Part shown: positions 9,364-19,333 of the stretch, one piece after another
Numbering within the stretch: the first letter of the stretch is position 1
How the letters are laid out: the number at the start of each line of letters is the position of its first letter
Virus record (IMG/VR): IMGVR_UViG_3300017754_002321
Location: 1-30,456 of that record
Source of the DNA: a virus
Lineage: Duplodnaviria; Caudoviricetes
Strand: one strand, 5' to 3'
DNA length: 30,456 bases
The notes under the pieces: model-generated
The model's input: only the letters and a program-made list of their open reading frames with translations
Told to the model about the DNA's origin: nothing
Databases searched by the model: none
Made by a program: the position numbers and the translations under genes

Positions 9364-10188
9364 TTATATTGTAGGTGTAGTTGAACTATATGCAAAGGAT
9401 GGTTCAGAAGAAAAACTTTGAGCCCCTGAAGAAAATGAATTATTTGCATTTTGCCCTCCGGAACTTCCAGATCCACTTGTTCCAGCAAGTGTTTGAAATA
9501 TAGAACCTATATTCCCAACGGCGCCAGTAATAGCTGAGAAAGCATCGGAGCCCGCTTGATTATATTGGGCATTTGCCAATCCTAATTGAGAAGCAACTCT
9601 TTGAATTTTTTGATTCTCTCTAGTTTCTCTTGCATTAAACATAAATTGTTCTCCGGATGCTTTAGCTTCTTGTATTCTTTGCGCTTCGCTTAATCTAGCA
9701 GCTTCTACTCTATTTGCTTCAGCTAATTTAATCTTATCAATTTCTTGTTGGCCCTGTGCTTTTAATTGGTCATTTTTAGCTTCTTGTTGTTCTAAATTAG
9801 CAGATATACCTTGTTTAGCTTTTAATGCGGCGTTTGCTAATGCAGTTGCACCACCAGCGCTAGATCCAGTTTCCCTTAATGTATCTAAAGTATTTGCTAA
9901 AGAAACATCAATTTGTTCTGCCTCAAATTTAGAAGCCTGAGTTGCAACGCCTAAGTTTGCATAAGCATTTCTTACTAATGAAGAATTATCTTTTATTAAT
10001 GCACTCATGTCCGTAGTAGCCGCCCACGGATTTACAATAGCCTGTCGACTATTCTCTAATCTGTTAAGTTCTATACCAAGTCTTTGGCGTTCCGCATCCG
10101 CAGCTCTTTGTCTACTTCTTGCTTCTGCGTTACCCATTATTCCGCCGACAATATTCACTCCGGCTCCAATTAATGCTCCTGCAAACAT
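9364..10188 (-). CDS. Putative DNA pilot/ejection protein, 274 aa
   Basis: Gly/Ala hydrophobic N-terminus (MFAGALIGAGVNIVGGIMG), Ala/Gln coiled-coil core, second Gly/Ala segment (AITGAVGNIGSIF); directly downstream of the tail nozzle genes, like T7 gp14 or P22 gp7. Confidence 0.65.
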   Translation of the reverse strand: MFAGALIGAGVNIVGGIMGNAEARSRQRAADAERQRLGIELNRLENSRQAIVNPWAATTDMSALIKDNSSLVRNAYANLGVATQASKFEAEQIDVSLANTLDTLRETGSSAGGATALANAALKAKQGISANLEQQEAKNDQLKAQGQQEIDKIKLAEANRVEAARLSEAQRIQEAKASGEQFMFNARETRENQKIQRVASQLGLANAQYNQAGSDAFSAITGAVGNIGSIFQTLAGTSGSGSSGGQNANNSFSSGAQSFSSEPSFAYSSTTPTI

Positions 10189-10228
10189 ATTTTATTATTT
10201 TATATTTATATTTATTTTTTAATTGAAT

Positions 10229-11812
10229 CTAGTATGATGATTCTACATATTCTCCAGATACAGAAAATAATTCTGCTTTAGGGTATTGTTGTGATCTGCT
10301 TCCCGTTGGGTCTGCAGTAGGTGTATTATTAAACAGAAAAGTTGTGGTGGCATAAAATCCTTTTGCCCCTGACATCGCTTGACCGTGTACAATTTCTCCG
10401 TATGTAGCCGGTGTAGTATTTATAAGATTGCCAAAGTATTTATTTTCTTTTCTTTTAAAATTATTTAAAAACAATTGGTTCTCTAAGTCAAATAAACTAG
10501 CCGCATTTGTTGCAATACTAATTGGAGCAGCGGTATCTGAATTAGTATAAAACTCAGTCATTGTCCACCCGGTTGTTCCTTCGTAATTAATAGTATTAAA
10601 GTTTTTACTTAAAGAAACACTTGGATTAAATACCAATGTAACCTGTGAATTATATTGATCCCCATAAAAATTGCTATAAGGGGTAATTGTTGAAGTTGGA
10701 TCAGCATAATGTTGCCAAATATTACCTTCTTTAAATGTGTAAAAATTATTTCTTAAACTAGCAGAAAAATTTGGTTTATATGAGTATCTACTAACCCATC
10801 CTTTAACGTCTTCATCAAAAGATAATGTTTGGAAATTTGAAGTATTAGAAGGCTGTAGTGATACAACATATTGTTTATTATGTTGATCCCATCCACCAAC
10901 TATTTTACCTGTTTTACCTACGGCAGCAAGATTATCTCTAAAGAAATCTAACATGCCATACCCAGATATCTCTTCTATACCATCCTGCGATAATCTTAAT
11001 ACCACATTTTGGTTTCTGTCAGTAAAGTATTTTCTATAACCAAAAACAGCAAAACTTTCAGGGTTATTAGATATACCATAATTACCAGCATACGATTGAA
11101 TCTGGCCAATTACCTGAGCTCCTGAAGTAGTCATTGGCTGTCCTTCTGCGGAATAAATAGCGTCTTTATCAATTAAAGCTCTACTTACTTTTCTTTCTTG
11201 GAAAATTATAAGGTTAGTATCTTCTGCGTACAATTTTTGTATTGATCCTTGTGATGGATCTGCAGATCTAACTATATCATTCCCTACTGGAAATTGATTT
11301 GTATTATTTATACCAGTTCTAGAATTGAATATACCAGAATAAATCATGGAATTAATTCTATTTTGCTGTTGTGGATAGTCTTCAGCTAAATATGCTTTAA
11401 CACCAAAATCAACTGAAGTATTATTATAGCCGCCTCTAATTCTTGCTTCTTCTACATACCAATCATTTGGCCCTGAATCATAAGCAGCTGGTATATGAGT
11501 AAAATCTGTTATTTCTCCAAATTGTATTATTGTGTTTTCTGGTATTTCAACAGGCACTGCATCAACAGTGGTTATTATACCAGTCACATTATCATAGTAA
11601 AGAATAGTATTGTAAAATGTTTCTCCGTCAATTACATAACTGAATGATTGCCCAACACCAATAAAGGCATTAGGCAATAATAAAGTTATTGTTGTTGATC
11701 CAACGGCGGTGACCCCATCGGTAGCACTCTCTGTAGAAAGTACATCTACAATAGAATCCATTTTTTTTAACCAAAAAGCATTAAAATATTTTAGTTCTAA
11801 GGTTGCTGCCAT
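10229..11812 (-). CDS. Tail nozzle/stabilization protein, C-terminal-type part, 527 aa
   Basis: Beta-rich propeller-like repeats (GSIQKLYAEDTNLIIFQE, YGISNNPESFA, YFTDRNQNVVLRLSQDG, TLSFDEDVKGWVS) and KNFNTINYEG, typical of P22 gp10/tail tubular B-like proteins. Confidence 0.65.
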   Translation of the reverse strand: MAATLELKYFNAFWLKKMDSIVDVLSTESATDGVTAVGSTTITLLLPNAFIGVGQSFSYVIDGETFYNTILYYDNVTGIITTVDAVPVEIPENTIIQFGEITDFTHIPAAYDSGPNDWYVEEARIRGGYNNTSVDFGVKAYLAEDYPQQQNRINSMIYSGIFNSRTGINNTNQFPVGNDIVRSADPSQGSIQKLYAEDTNLIIFQERKVSRALIDKDAIYSAEGQPMTTSGAQVIGQIQSYAGNYGISNNPESFAVFGYRKYFTDRNQNVVLRLSQDGIEEISGYGMLDFFRDNLAAVGKTGKIVGGWDQHNKQYVVSLQPSNTSNFQTLSFDEDVKGWVSRYSYKPNFSASLRNNFYTFKEGNIWQHYADPTSTITPYSNFYGDQYNSQVTLVFNPSVSLSKNFNTINYEGTTGWTMTEFYTNSDTAAPISIATNAASLFDLENQLFLNNFKRKENKYFGNLINTTPATYGEIVHGQAMSGAKGFYATTTFLFNNTPTADPTGSRSQQYPKAELFSVSGEYVESSY

Positions 11813-11841
11813 ATTTAATAATTACTTGTTTTTTTATGTTT

Positions 11842-14800
11842 TTAAGGTATTTCAGTATATTGGAATAGATTTCTTCCGTAGTTTTGTATTGCAGGACCTA
11901 TAGCTAATTTCCAAGCGGTTTTAACCGTATTTCCAGGAGACACAATAGGGACTACAGCTCCACTTGCATCAAATTTGGCACAAAAATATTGCTTATCTGT
12001 AGGAGCCGGCATGCCAGCAAATGGTGGCCCAACTGAATAATCTAAATCTTTATTCAAATATATATAGAATTTATCTGCAACCGGAGGAATCCATACTTCT
12101 GTTAAATCAGAATTTACATAGAATTGGGTAACATGTAACCCGTTATTTGTAGCTGCCCATACTGTTCCAGGAACTAATGGGTGGGTTTCAAACGTAAATG
12201 AGGTTCCTGTTGGCACAGCAATTAAAGCCTGTTGAGACAATGTTACTGTATTAGTAGCAGTATCTATATCCGTAATTTGGGCATTTGTTCCAAAATATCC
12301 TGCATTTACAGCCACATATAACCCACGAACTAATTGAGGGTCAATTACATCTAATACAAGCTTATTTGATCCAACAGCTGGCCCCTGCGGTGTTGGTTGA
12401 AATGTTGTAGCCGTTGTAGAAAAGTCAAATTCAGGAATAGCGTCTTGTGTATCATATGGTACACCTGACGGATAATCTGTAAGATCCCACTCGTTCTTAA
12501 TAGCAACATTATATTCTATTGCAGTTGTTGCAGGAGGTGGGAAAGGAGCGTCTTCAACCGGTTCACTTGGTAATACCGGTGGAACAAAATTACCTGAAAG
12601 ATAGTCGTAATTTGCATCCTTTATTATAACATATCCTTTAAAAGGACGATTACAAGGGTCAGGTGCAACATCTGGATTGCCTACAGCAAAAGTGTTCTTT
12701 AAAACTAAACAATATTCCCCAGCTACAGCTGTGACGAATTTAGTACTTCTATTTGCATAAGAGTCTTGATTCAAAGTTTTAGCCAAACTTATATTAAGCC
12801 CATAATCTATTGCCCCTGTTGATGGGTTTACTAACCCAGTACTCCAATTAGTTGAAGAAGGGAATAATACCCCATTTTCATCTAATACAGCTTGCCATGT
12901 ATTAGTATTAGGTGCACTCATAAGTGGTCTATAATATAATATAAAACTTATATCCCCGTTTCGGTTTTCATTTATAGAACTAAATCCTTCCGAGATTACT
13001 TCCCACTCCAAAGCCCCTTGTGTTAACCCTGTTGGAGCCCCTAATGGTGGCGGAGCTACGCCATTTGCAATTTGAACATTTGTATAATTTTGAAATGCTT
13101 TACTTGGAGCAGGAGGGGTTGTTGCCGTAATATCTGGCAGACCATTATTTATATGTGTTACTGGATCTAAAACTAAATTATCTACACCAATATGTATTGC
13201 GCTATAACCTGCTCCGGTTTCTGGATCTAATGTACAATTGAATCCAAAAGCATACGCAGAAGCATTTCCGCCTTCAAAATATTGTAAATAATCATTAACC
13301 GGTTTTGGACCAATTGTTATACGAACAATAATTGTTTCAGATAAGGTTTGAAATGCCCCGGTTCCAACCAATGGGTTTCCTGGGACAGGCGGTATTACAG
13401 CGTCTCTAACCCTAACATTAAGATCATATACTCCTAATGGTATTGTAGCGTCTGTTAGATCTATTCGGCCAGTTGCATAATCTATAGCAAACCAATTACC
13501 CTCATTGCCACTTAATATGTCAAAGTATAAATCTTTTTGCGTTAAAGTACCATGCGTTCCATTAACAGCGGTAACTGTGGTTACATTAGAGGTTACAGTT
13601 TGGGTTGCAAAGGCATTATAGTAAGGATATTCATGTAAAAATGTTGGTTGAATATTCCCTAATCTACCTGTAAAAGATAAATCTGCAAATTGACCAGGAA
13701 TACCCCATTCCACTCTAACTACAAAGTTGAAACTTGAATTTGTATTTGTTGTAATAGCTCCTCTATCAAAAACAAAGTTTGAAGGTGGTGTTATTTTTAT
13801 TCTATAAAGACCCGTAGTTATTTCTTCTAATAAGAAATTTGACGTATATGTAACACCGTTACCATCTTTTACCTCAAATAAATAAGGTGTTGACAAAGGA
13901 ATTATTGTAAATCCGGTATTGTTTTCTATGTAAAATTCATCTGTTATAAACGGACAATCAGGATCTCCTGTTGCACTAGGATCGGTGTTAGTGCCTAATG
14001 GATCTTGATTTTCAAAAAATTTAAATCCTAAATCACTAAATCTTGTTGGGCCATCAAATCCAGTAAGTACATCCCAATTTAAATCAGATATATAACCTGT
14101 TGATGAGGTTTCCCAAAATAATGCCAATAAGGAATCTACTGGTCTTGTTTCATATACTCCCAAAAACGGAATCATATCTATACTAGGCACCCCTATTGGG
14201 TTTATTGTTGATACGCGACCAATACTTGGATTAGTTTGTAATTGATAAAAATTTAATCCAGCGGTACCTTTAACGTTGGTAACATCATTTGCTAAAAAGT
14301 TATAGTCTGTAGCTGTTGCTATAGCTGTAACTGTATCTGGTTGTCTTGTTGGAAAATATTGTGTGCTTTCCGCTGATGTAACTATATAATTTATATATGG
14401 AGCATATATGGCTCCTAATGTTGCGCGGGTTGTATTAGAAGGCGTAAAAGTTATCACTCCGTAATCCTCATTGGTAAAATGTAACACGGTGCCTAATGGT
14501 ACATTAACTGGGAGGGGAGCTGTAAGATTAACACTGTTTGGAGGACCATAGGTGAGTACCTCAGCATCATAGGTTGTTCCCGCAATTTCATAAGTAAATA
14601 CATCTCCTGGGCTTATAACAGGATGTGGTATATCCACAAGTATAGTTGTAGCGCCGCTTAGAGTTGGATTACCTAATGATAAACATTCATATGTTAAATA
14701 TGTATTTGAAGTAACAACAGTATTTGCCATCCATTCATCTGGATTTGGAATATATGTATCAGGATATGTTGGTAAATTTTCAATAGGCTTATTTGCTTCT

Positions 14801-17313
14801 ACAGATTGAATACCGTCTCCAACACGTATATCTTGTAATGCTGTTAGGTTATCCGCTATTAAGTATCTTATGCTTGTTGCGTATGGATCATTTATAATAA
14901 AATTAACATCAGCTAATAATGAGAAAGTTTTTGCAATATTTGATACCTTACCAAATAATTGCACGCTACTTCTATATAACTTTTGATCTGGTCCAACTTC
15001 TACTAAGTCTCTTGGTACTTTGTTTATATTATCATTTATTAATACAATATGACCGGTTTTACCGTCTTCTCCAACAGGAAATTCAGTCATATTAATACCA
15101 TTTTCTAAAGATGGTGTTGTAGTTGTAACCGGTGATGGGCCAGGCGTTGTAGTGGTTGTATATAAAACTTGCGATCCTGAAGTTTGAGCAGTAGGATAAC
15201 CGTCAAGCATTCCAGGTAAATAAACATTATAATATTCTTGTTGCTGTTGTTTTACTACAACCTTATAAGAGTACCACCCGATTTCATTTATTGAATATGC
15301 AAATTTAGTATTAGGGGTAGGGCTAAGAGAAGAATCAAAAAGGTACATTGCACTGATTTCTCCATCCGTGCTAACCACGTATGGTCCGCTGCCTGTTCCT
15401 GTTGTTGGTGCTACTACTTTAACGTAGTCTTTATATTTTCCTCTAAGACTATCTCCTTCTTGTGGAATAGTATTTATAATTCCACTAGCTGTATTTAATG
15501 TGAAAGTATATTCATAAAGATTCGTTGATGGATTTTGTACATTATAAGTTGCTCCTGTTAATATAGAAAACCCTCCAACAGCTGTAGGTTCAGCATATAA
15601 TCCCGGAGTTCCATTTGGAATACTTCTTGTTGAACTAATTGGATCATTAATTAATACTAATAATGCATTACCAAACCAATTACGAACATCAGGCATTCCA
15701 GGCATGTCCTCGCTTTGATAAGGAGCATATACGGTTGATCCACCAAAACTAGCAGATGTGCTTCCGCCTGTTACAGTTGTTAAATCTAATGTGGATAATA
15801 TTACAGATGATTGTCTTCCAAATTTATCTGCTAATACAAAACCTACTTGGTAATTTCTATTTTGTTTTAATGTATGATTTGGATATTCTACAAAGTTAGT
15901 AAATATATCACTTTTAGGTTGTACTGCGGTATTATAGTTTATATTTTGCGGAGCAGTATATGAATTGTAAAAATTACCATATATTACTCTATTGCCAACA
16001 ATTTCTTGAGCTAAAGCTCTTGTAGGCACATTATCATATACACGAGTCAACTGATCTTCCGGTAATGTTTTGTATGGTTTTTGTGATTGATATGGATAGT
16101 TATACACGCTAACACCTGCATAAATTCCAGTTTCTATTTCTTCATATGATATACTATCTAAAACTTTTACAGCAAGCGAGTCTGACTCCTTGTATAATAT
16201 ATCTAATTGTGTAATTTTATATGAATCTCTTATAAGGGATCCTTTATCTGGCATGGGTATTAATAATTCAATATTATTAATATTATTTTCCATCCAGTTT
16301 ATTACAGTACTTTTGTAAGCATCCGTTTCATCCCCGTTTATAAAATAACCTTTTTGTTTTGGTATATATGTTATTTGCGTAAATGGGGCAAATAAAGAAT
16401 ACTCATTATCATCAAACTTAAAACGATAACTAAATCTTACATATTTGTCTTCTAAGAATGATGGATCACCAGGCCAATCTGGATTATCAGTTTGGTTGGT
16501 CATTGTAGACTCCAAAAAAGTTAAAACTTCTCCAGGAGCAAGTGAAATAGGATCATAAAATTCAACTACTCCGCTATCAAAATCCATTACATATGTATAA
16601 TCACTGCCGTCAGTAGAACTGGAAATCATAGTCATCCCTGCTCTAATTTTACCGGTTTGTGGAATTACATTATAGGTGGTATCACTACCCGAATCAACAA
16701 TAGCTGTTGCTTTTCTAAATAATGATATTGGTTCAACCGGAGCATATTTAGCTACAGATATTTGAGCTTCATCATAGTAATAAGATGGATCTAAAATAGC
16801 TGTGTTAACATTTATTTTTCTGGGTTGATTTCTATTGTCTGTAAAGAATAATAAACTCTCTATAAGGTTTACTCCAAGCACATGATTAGTGGTAGAAAAA
16901 TTTAAGAAAGTTCCTTGTACAATAGTTTTATATTGAGGCGTTACATTATAATCGTATACTGTAATCTTCATTATCCAGCCATTAGCCGGAGTGGGTTGGG
17001 TATTTAGATCACTATCACATAAAATTATTTGTGAAGGATTTGGATCCGTATAATTTGTTAAGAACTGGTATATTCTATTGTTTTGATCATCCATAAATAT
17101 ACCAATACAGGTAAGTCCATAGTCCTCACTTTCCTCATCAAAATTATTTAAAGCAAAGTTACCTAAAATATTTTGAGCTGTACCAATGTCAGAACTTTCT
17201 GATTTACCTATTGTTATATTTAAAGCGTCTCTATATTCATTACTTGGGATAAGTCTATCATCCAAGTCTTTGTTCATTTTGGATGATAAGAAACTATTTT
17301 TTACTTCAGCCAT
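11842..17313 (-). CDS. Large tail protein, 1823 aa: nozzle-type N-terminus plus beta-rich accessory domains including a cadherin-like repeat
   Basis: N-terminus KMNKDLDDRLIPSNEYRDALNI, LLFFTDNRNQPRKIN, VRFSYRFKFDDNEYS, QEIVGNRVIYGNF, LKQNRNYQVGFVLADKFGRQS; Thr/Pro/Asn-rich remainder. Confidence 0.7.
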   Translation of the reverse strand: MAEVKNSFLSSKMNKDLDDRLIPSNEYRDALNITIGKSESSDIGTAQNILGNFALNNFDEESEDYGLTCIGIFMDDQNNRIYQFLTNYTDPNPSQIILCDSDLNTQPTPANGWIMKITVYDYNVTPQYKTIVQGTFLNFSTTNHVLGVNLIESLLFFTDNRNQPRKINVNTAILDPSYYYDEAQISVAKYAPVEPISLFRKATAIVDSGSDTTYNVIPQTGKIRAGMTMISSSTDGSDYTYVMDFDSGVVEFYDPISLAPGEVLTFLESTMTNQTDNPDWPGDPSFLEDKYVRFSYRFKFDDNEYSLFAPFTQITYIPKQKGYFINGDETDAYKSTVINWMENNINNIELLIPMPDKGSLIRDSYKITQLDILYKESDSLAVKVLDSISYEEIETGIYAGVSVYNYPYQSQKPYKTLPEDQLTRVYDNVPTRALAQEIVGNRVIYGNFYNSYTAPQNINYNTAVQPKSDIFTNFVEYPNHTLKQNRNYQVGFVLADKFGRQSSVILSTLDLTTVTGGSTSASFGGSTVYAPYQSEDMPGMPDVRNWFGNALLVLINDPISSTRSIPNGTPGLYAEPTAVGGFSILTGATYNVQNPSTNLYEYTFTLNTASGIINTIPQEGDSLRGKYKDYVKVVAPTTGTGSGPYVVSTDGEISAMYLFDSSLSPTPNTKFAYSINEIGWYSYKVVVKQQQQEYYNVYLPGMLDGYPTAQTSGSQVLYTTTTTPGPSPVTTTTPSLENGINMTEFPVGEDGKTGHIVLINDNINKVPRDLVEVGPDQKLYRSSVQLFGKVSNIAKTFSLLADVNFIINDPYATSIRYLIADNLTALQDIRVGDGIQSVEANKPIENLPTYPDTYIPNPDEWMANTVVTSNTYLTYECLSLGNPTLSGATTILVDIPHPVISPGDVFTYEIAGTTYDAEVLTYGPPNSVNLTAPLPVNVPLGTVLHFTNEDYGVITFTPSNTTRATLGAIYAPYINYIVTSAESTQYFPTRQPDTVTAIATATDYNFLANDVTNVKGTAGLNFYQLQTNPSIGRVSTINPIGVPSIDMIPFLGVYETRPVDSLLALFWETSSTGYISDLNWDVLTGFDGPTRFSDLGFKFFENQDPLGTNTDPSATGDPDCPFITDEFYIENNTGFTIIPLSTPYLFEVKDGNGVTYTSNFLLEEITTGLYRIKITPPSNFVFDRGAITTNTNSSFNFVVRVEWGIPGQFADLSFTGRLGNIQPTFLHEYPYYNAFATQTVTSNVTTVTAVNGTHGTLTQKDLYFDILSGNEGNWFAIDYATGRIDLTDATIPLGVYDLNVRVRDAVIPPVPGNPLVGTGAFQTLSETIIVRITIGPKPVNDYLQYFEGGNASAYAFGFNCTLDPETGAGYSAIHIGVDNLVLDPVTHINNGLPDITATTPPAPSKAFQNYTNVQIANGVAPPPLGAPTGLTQGALEWEVISEGFSSINENRNGDISFILYYRPLMSAPNTNTWQAVLDENGVLFPSSTNWSTGLVNPSTGAIDYGLNISLAKTLNQDSYANRSTKFVTAVAGEYCLVLKNTFAVGNPDVAPDPCNRPFKGYVIIKDANYDYLSGNFVPPVLPSEPVEDAPFPPPATTAIEYNVAIKNEWDLTDYPSGVPYDTQDAIPEFDFSTTATTFQPTPQGPAVGSNKLVLDVIDPQLVRGLYVAVNAGYFGTNAQITDIDTATNTVTLSQQALIAVPTGTSFTFETHPLVPGTVWAATNNGLHVTQFYVNSDLTEVWIPPVADKFYIYLNKDLDYSVGPPFAGMPAPTDKQYFCAKFDASGAVVPIVSPGNTVKTAWKLAIGPAIQNYGRNLFQYTEIP

Positions 17314-17318
17314 TTAAT

Positions 17319-18563
17319 TTAGTGTTTAATCCATTTAGATTGTCCTCTCAATACTTGAGTAATTTCTTCTAGCTTAATATTAGATAATCTAATTTTAGCG
17401 TTTCTTAACTTAGCATTCTTTTCTTGTCTAAGTCTGTTGATAATATATTCAGGTTGATTAACTCTTAATGATATTATTGCATGGATAATATGAGCATACA
17501 TAGCTTCTTCCGCCATCTTAGGTACTCTTGTATCTAAATCATAAGCTAAACCATCAGATATATATTCAAATACTATTATTTTATTTATTAGATTGCTACT
17601 GAATGATATTTTACCTTCTCTATCATCTATTGTAAACCAACCATTACTATTAGAATATTGTGGGTCTAATCCATATCTTTGTCCAAAGAAACCATAATAC
17701 AACCATTGATCATAACCATAACCATAACCCATTGCTCCCCATCCATTATTACCATAATCATTTACAATATCATTATTATTTCTTTTCCATCTAAATTCCG
17801 TTATAGAGGTCCCTTCTATATTGTTACCAAAGTTGTCCTGCAACGGTTCCCCACTATTATCCTGTAATGGTTTTTCATAAGGGATAGTTGTTAAGTTGTT
17901 GGTAGGATATATTGGGTGTTTTATACCTTGATGGTCAATCCATGCTAATTTAACATAATTAACATAATCTTGAGGTAATATAACACTTAAGGAATGAGGC
18001 ACAGTTAACTCTTGTGATTTAATGCTTTTTAATGTATCATAACTAAATTCTTGTAATCCTCGTTTTGCATGAAAAATTACATCAGTACGTTTTGCTTGCT
18101 GAATAAGTTTCCCATCCCCAACATAAGCAACCATAAAGTTGTTTATAATATCATTTAAAGTAATATAAGCATAACTTCCATAATTATCCTCTGTAGTTTG
18201 ACCATATGCCTTCTCTGCTTGGTTCAATCCATATTGTCCACCATCTAACTTTTTTAATTGTACAACAATATACAAATCTTGGTCCGGCGCGGTTGGGAAA
18301 ACTATTGCATTATCTACAACCTCATAGTATAATACATATTCTTCAAAAGTGCCGGGTTGAGCTGTTTGACTGGTATATAATTTAAAATTGTTTAAAGCAT
18401 AATTAATATTATTTGGATCCCAAGCATCTGGCCCTCCAAATATTAAGTCTGTATTAAAAGTAGTTAGGAATGTAGTTGTATTATCGTCACCTATAAAACC
18501 CTGTGCTCCTTCGTAATATTGTCTATTATTTTCGGTTATTAAACCGTTATTTGGTATTGGCAT
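17319..18563 (-). CDS. Virion structural protein (tail ring/adaptor-like), 414 aa
   Basis: Between the adaptor and nozzle genes; LPQDYVNYVKL and FEYISDGL motifs resemble tail ring proteins; N-terminal inserted beta module. Confidence 0.6.
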   Translation of the reverse strand: MPIPNNGLITENNRQYYEGAQGFIGDDNTTTFLTTFNTDLIFGGPDAWDPNNINYALNNFKLYTSQTAQPGTFEEYVLYYEVVDNAIVFPTAPDQDLYIVVQLKKLDGGQYGLNQAEKAYGQTTEDNYGSYAYITLNDIINNFMVAYVGDGKLIQQAKRTDVIFHAKRGLQEFSYDTLKSIKSQELTVPHSLSVILPQDYVNYVKLAWIDHQGIKHPIYPTNNLTTIPYEKPLQDNSGEPLQDNFGNNIEGTSITEFRWKRNNNDIVNDYGNNGWGAMGYGYGYDQWLYYGFFGQRYGLDPQYSNSNGWFTIDDREGKISFSSNLINKIIVFEYISDGLAYDLDTRVPKMAEEAMYAHIIHAIISLRVNQPEYIINRLRQEKNAKLRNAKIRLSNIKLEEITQVLRGQSKWIKH

Positions 18564-18569
18564 ACTTTA

Positions 18570-19268
18570 TTAGCTTTTTGAATTAATATTTTCAGCCTGC
18601 GCTTGTTGTGCTGCTATTTGGATTATCTGCGGATCTTTTATAACTATCCCAGAATAAAGTAATATTCTTGTTATTAAATTTGTTTGTTCTATTGGATGCA
18701 ATTCAAAATCAACTGATGTTGTTGAGTTATATACATATTGATAGTTTGTTCCTAATGTAAAATTCCACACAGGATCCAAAGGTTTTCTAATATATGTACA
18801 TGAAATTACATTGCCAGTAATTGTTTTTGGATATATATAAATTCTTTCGTTTTTATATGTATATACTGGCCAATAAAGAGAAGGTTTTGTTAATGGTGAT
18901 AAGTTTAGTTCTAGAAGCTCATTAGGCTGCACGTATTGAACTATTTTATCGTCTTTATATATTACGGTCCCTAACTTATAAAAGTTTGTAGGGTTTGGTG
19001 TAGTGTAGTAATCCGAAATAGGAGTACATGCTCCCTCTGTTTGGAATATTTCTATTTTTTCTTGTAAGTTTTTAACACGATTAGCATATTCGCTATCGTT
19101 TTCCGGCACACGTAGTTGTTGATTAAGATCCTCAAAATACTCATTGAATATTTCAAGTTGAACTTGCGTTGCGGTTTTATTAAATTCATCAGGAGTTAAA
19201 TAACCTCTTTGTTCTTTATTGATTATTAATAAAACAGTTCTATAAACTGTATCTACATTTATTGCCAT
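18570..19268 (-). CDS. Putative head-tail adaptor/tail ring protein, 232 aa
   Basis: Helical termini around a beta core (IYIYPKTI...TYIRKP...DFELHP); size and position downstream of the MCP. Confidence 0.6.
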   Translation of the reverse strand: MAINVDTVYRTVLLIINKEQRGYLTPDEFNKTATQVQLEIFNEYFEDLNQQLRVPENDSEYANRVKNLQEKIEIFQTEGACTPISDYYTTPNPTNFYKLGTVIYKDDKIVQYVQPNELLELNLSPLTKPSLYWPVYTYKNERIYIYPKTITGNVISCTYIRKPLDPVWNFTLGTNYQYVYNSTTSVDFELHPIEQTNLITRILLYSGIVIKDPQIIQIAAQQAQAENINSKS

Positions 19269-19283
19269 CTTCTATATTTATTA

Positions 19284-19323
19284 TAATATTTAGGCGGTAA
19301 CCTCAGCCACCGCCTATATATTA
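19284..19323 (-). promoter_or_regulatory. Intergenic GC-rich RNA hairpin without a U-tract
   Basis: Minus strand TAATAT-A-TAGGCGGTGGC-TGAG-GTTACCGCCTA-A-ATATTA: 11-bp stem (2 G.U) plus a 6-bp extension. Confidence 0.7.
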
Positions 19324-19333
19324 GTATTACGTA

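Noticed and set aside
17711-17728. CATAAC x3 tandem repeat
   Set aside because: It simply encodes GYGYGY in a low-complexity loop and is too short to support phase variation or an array.
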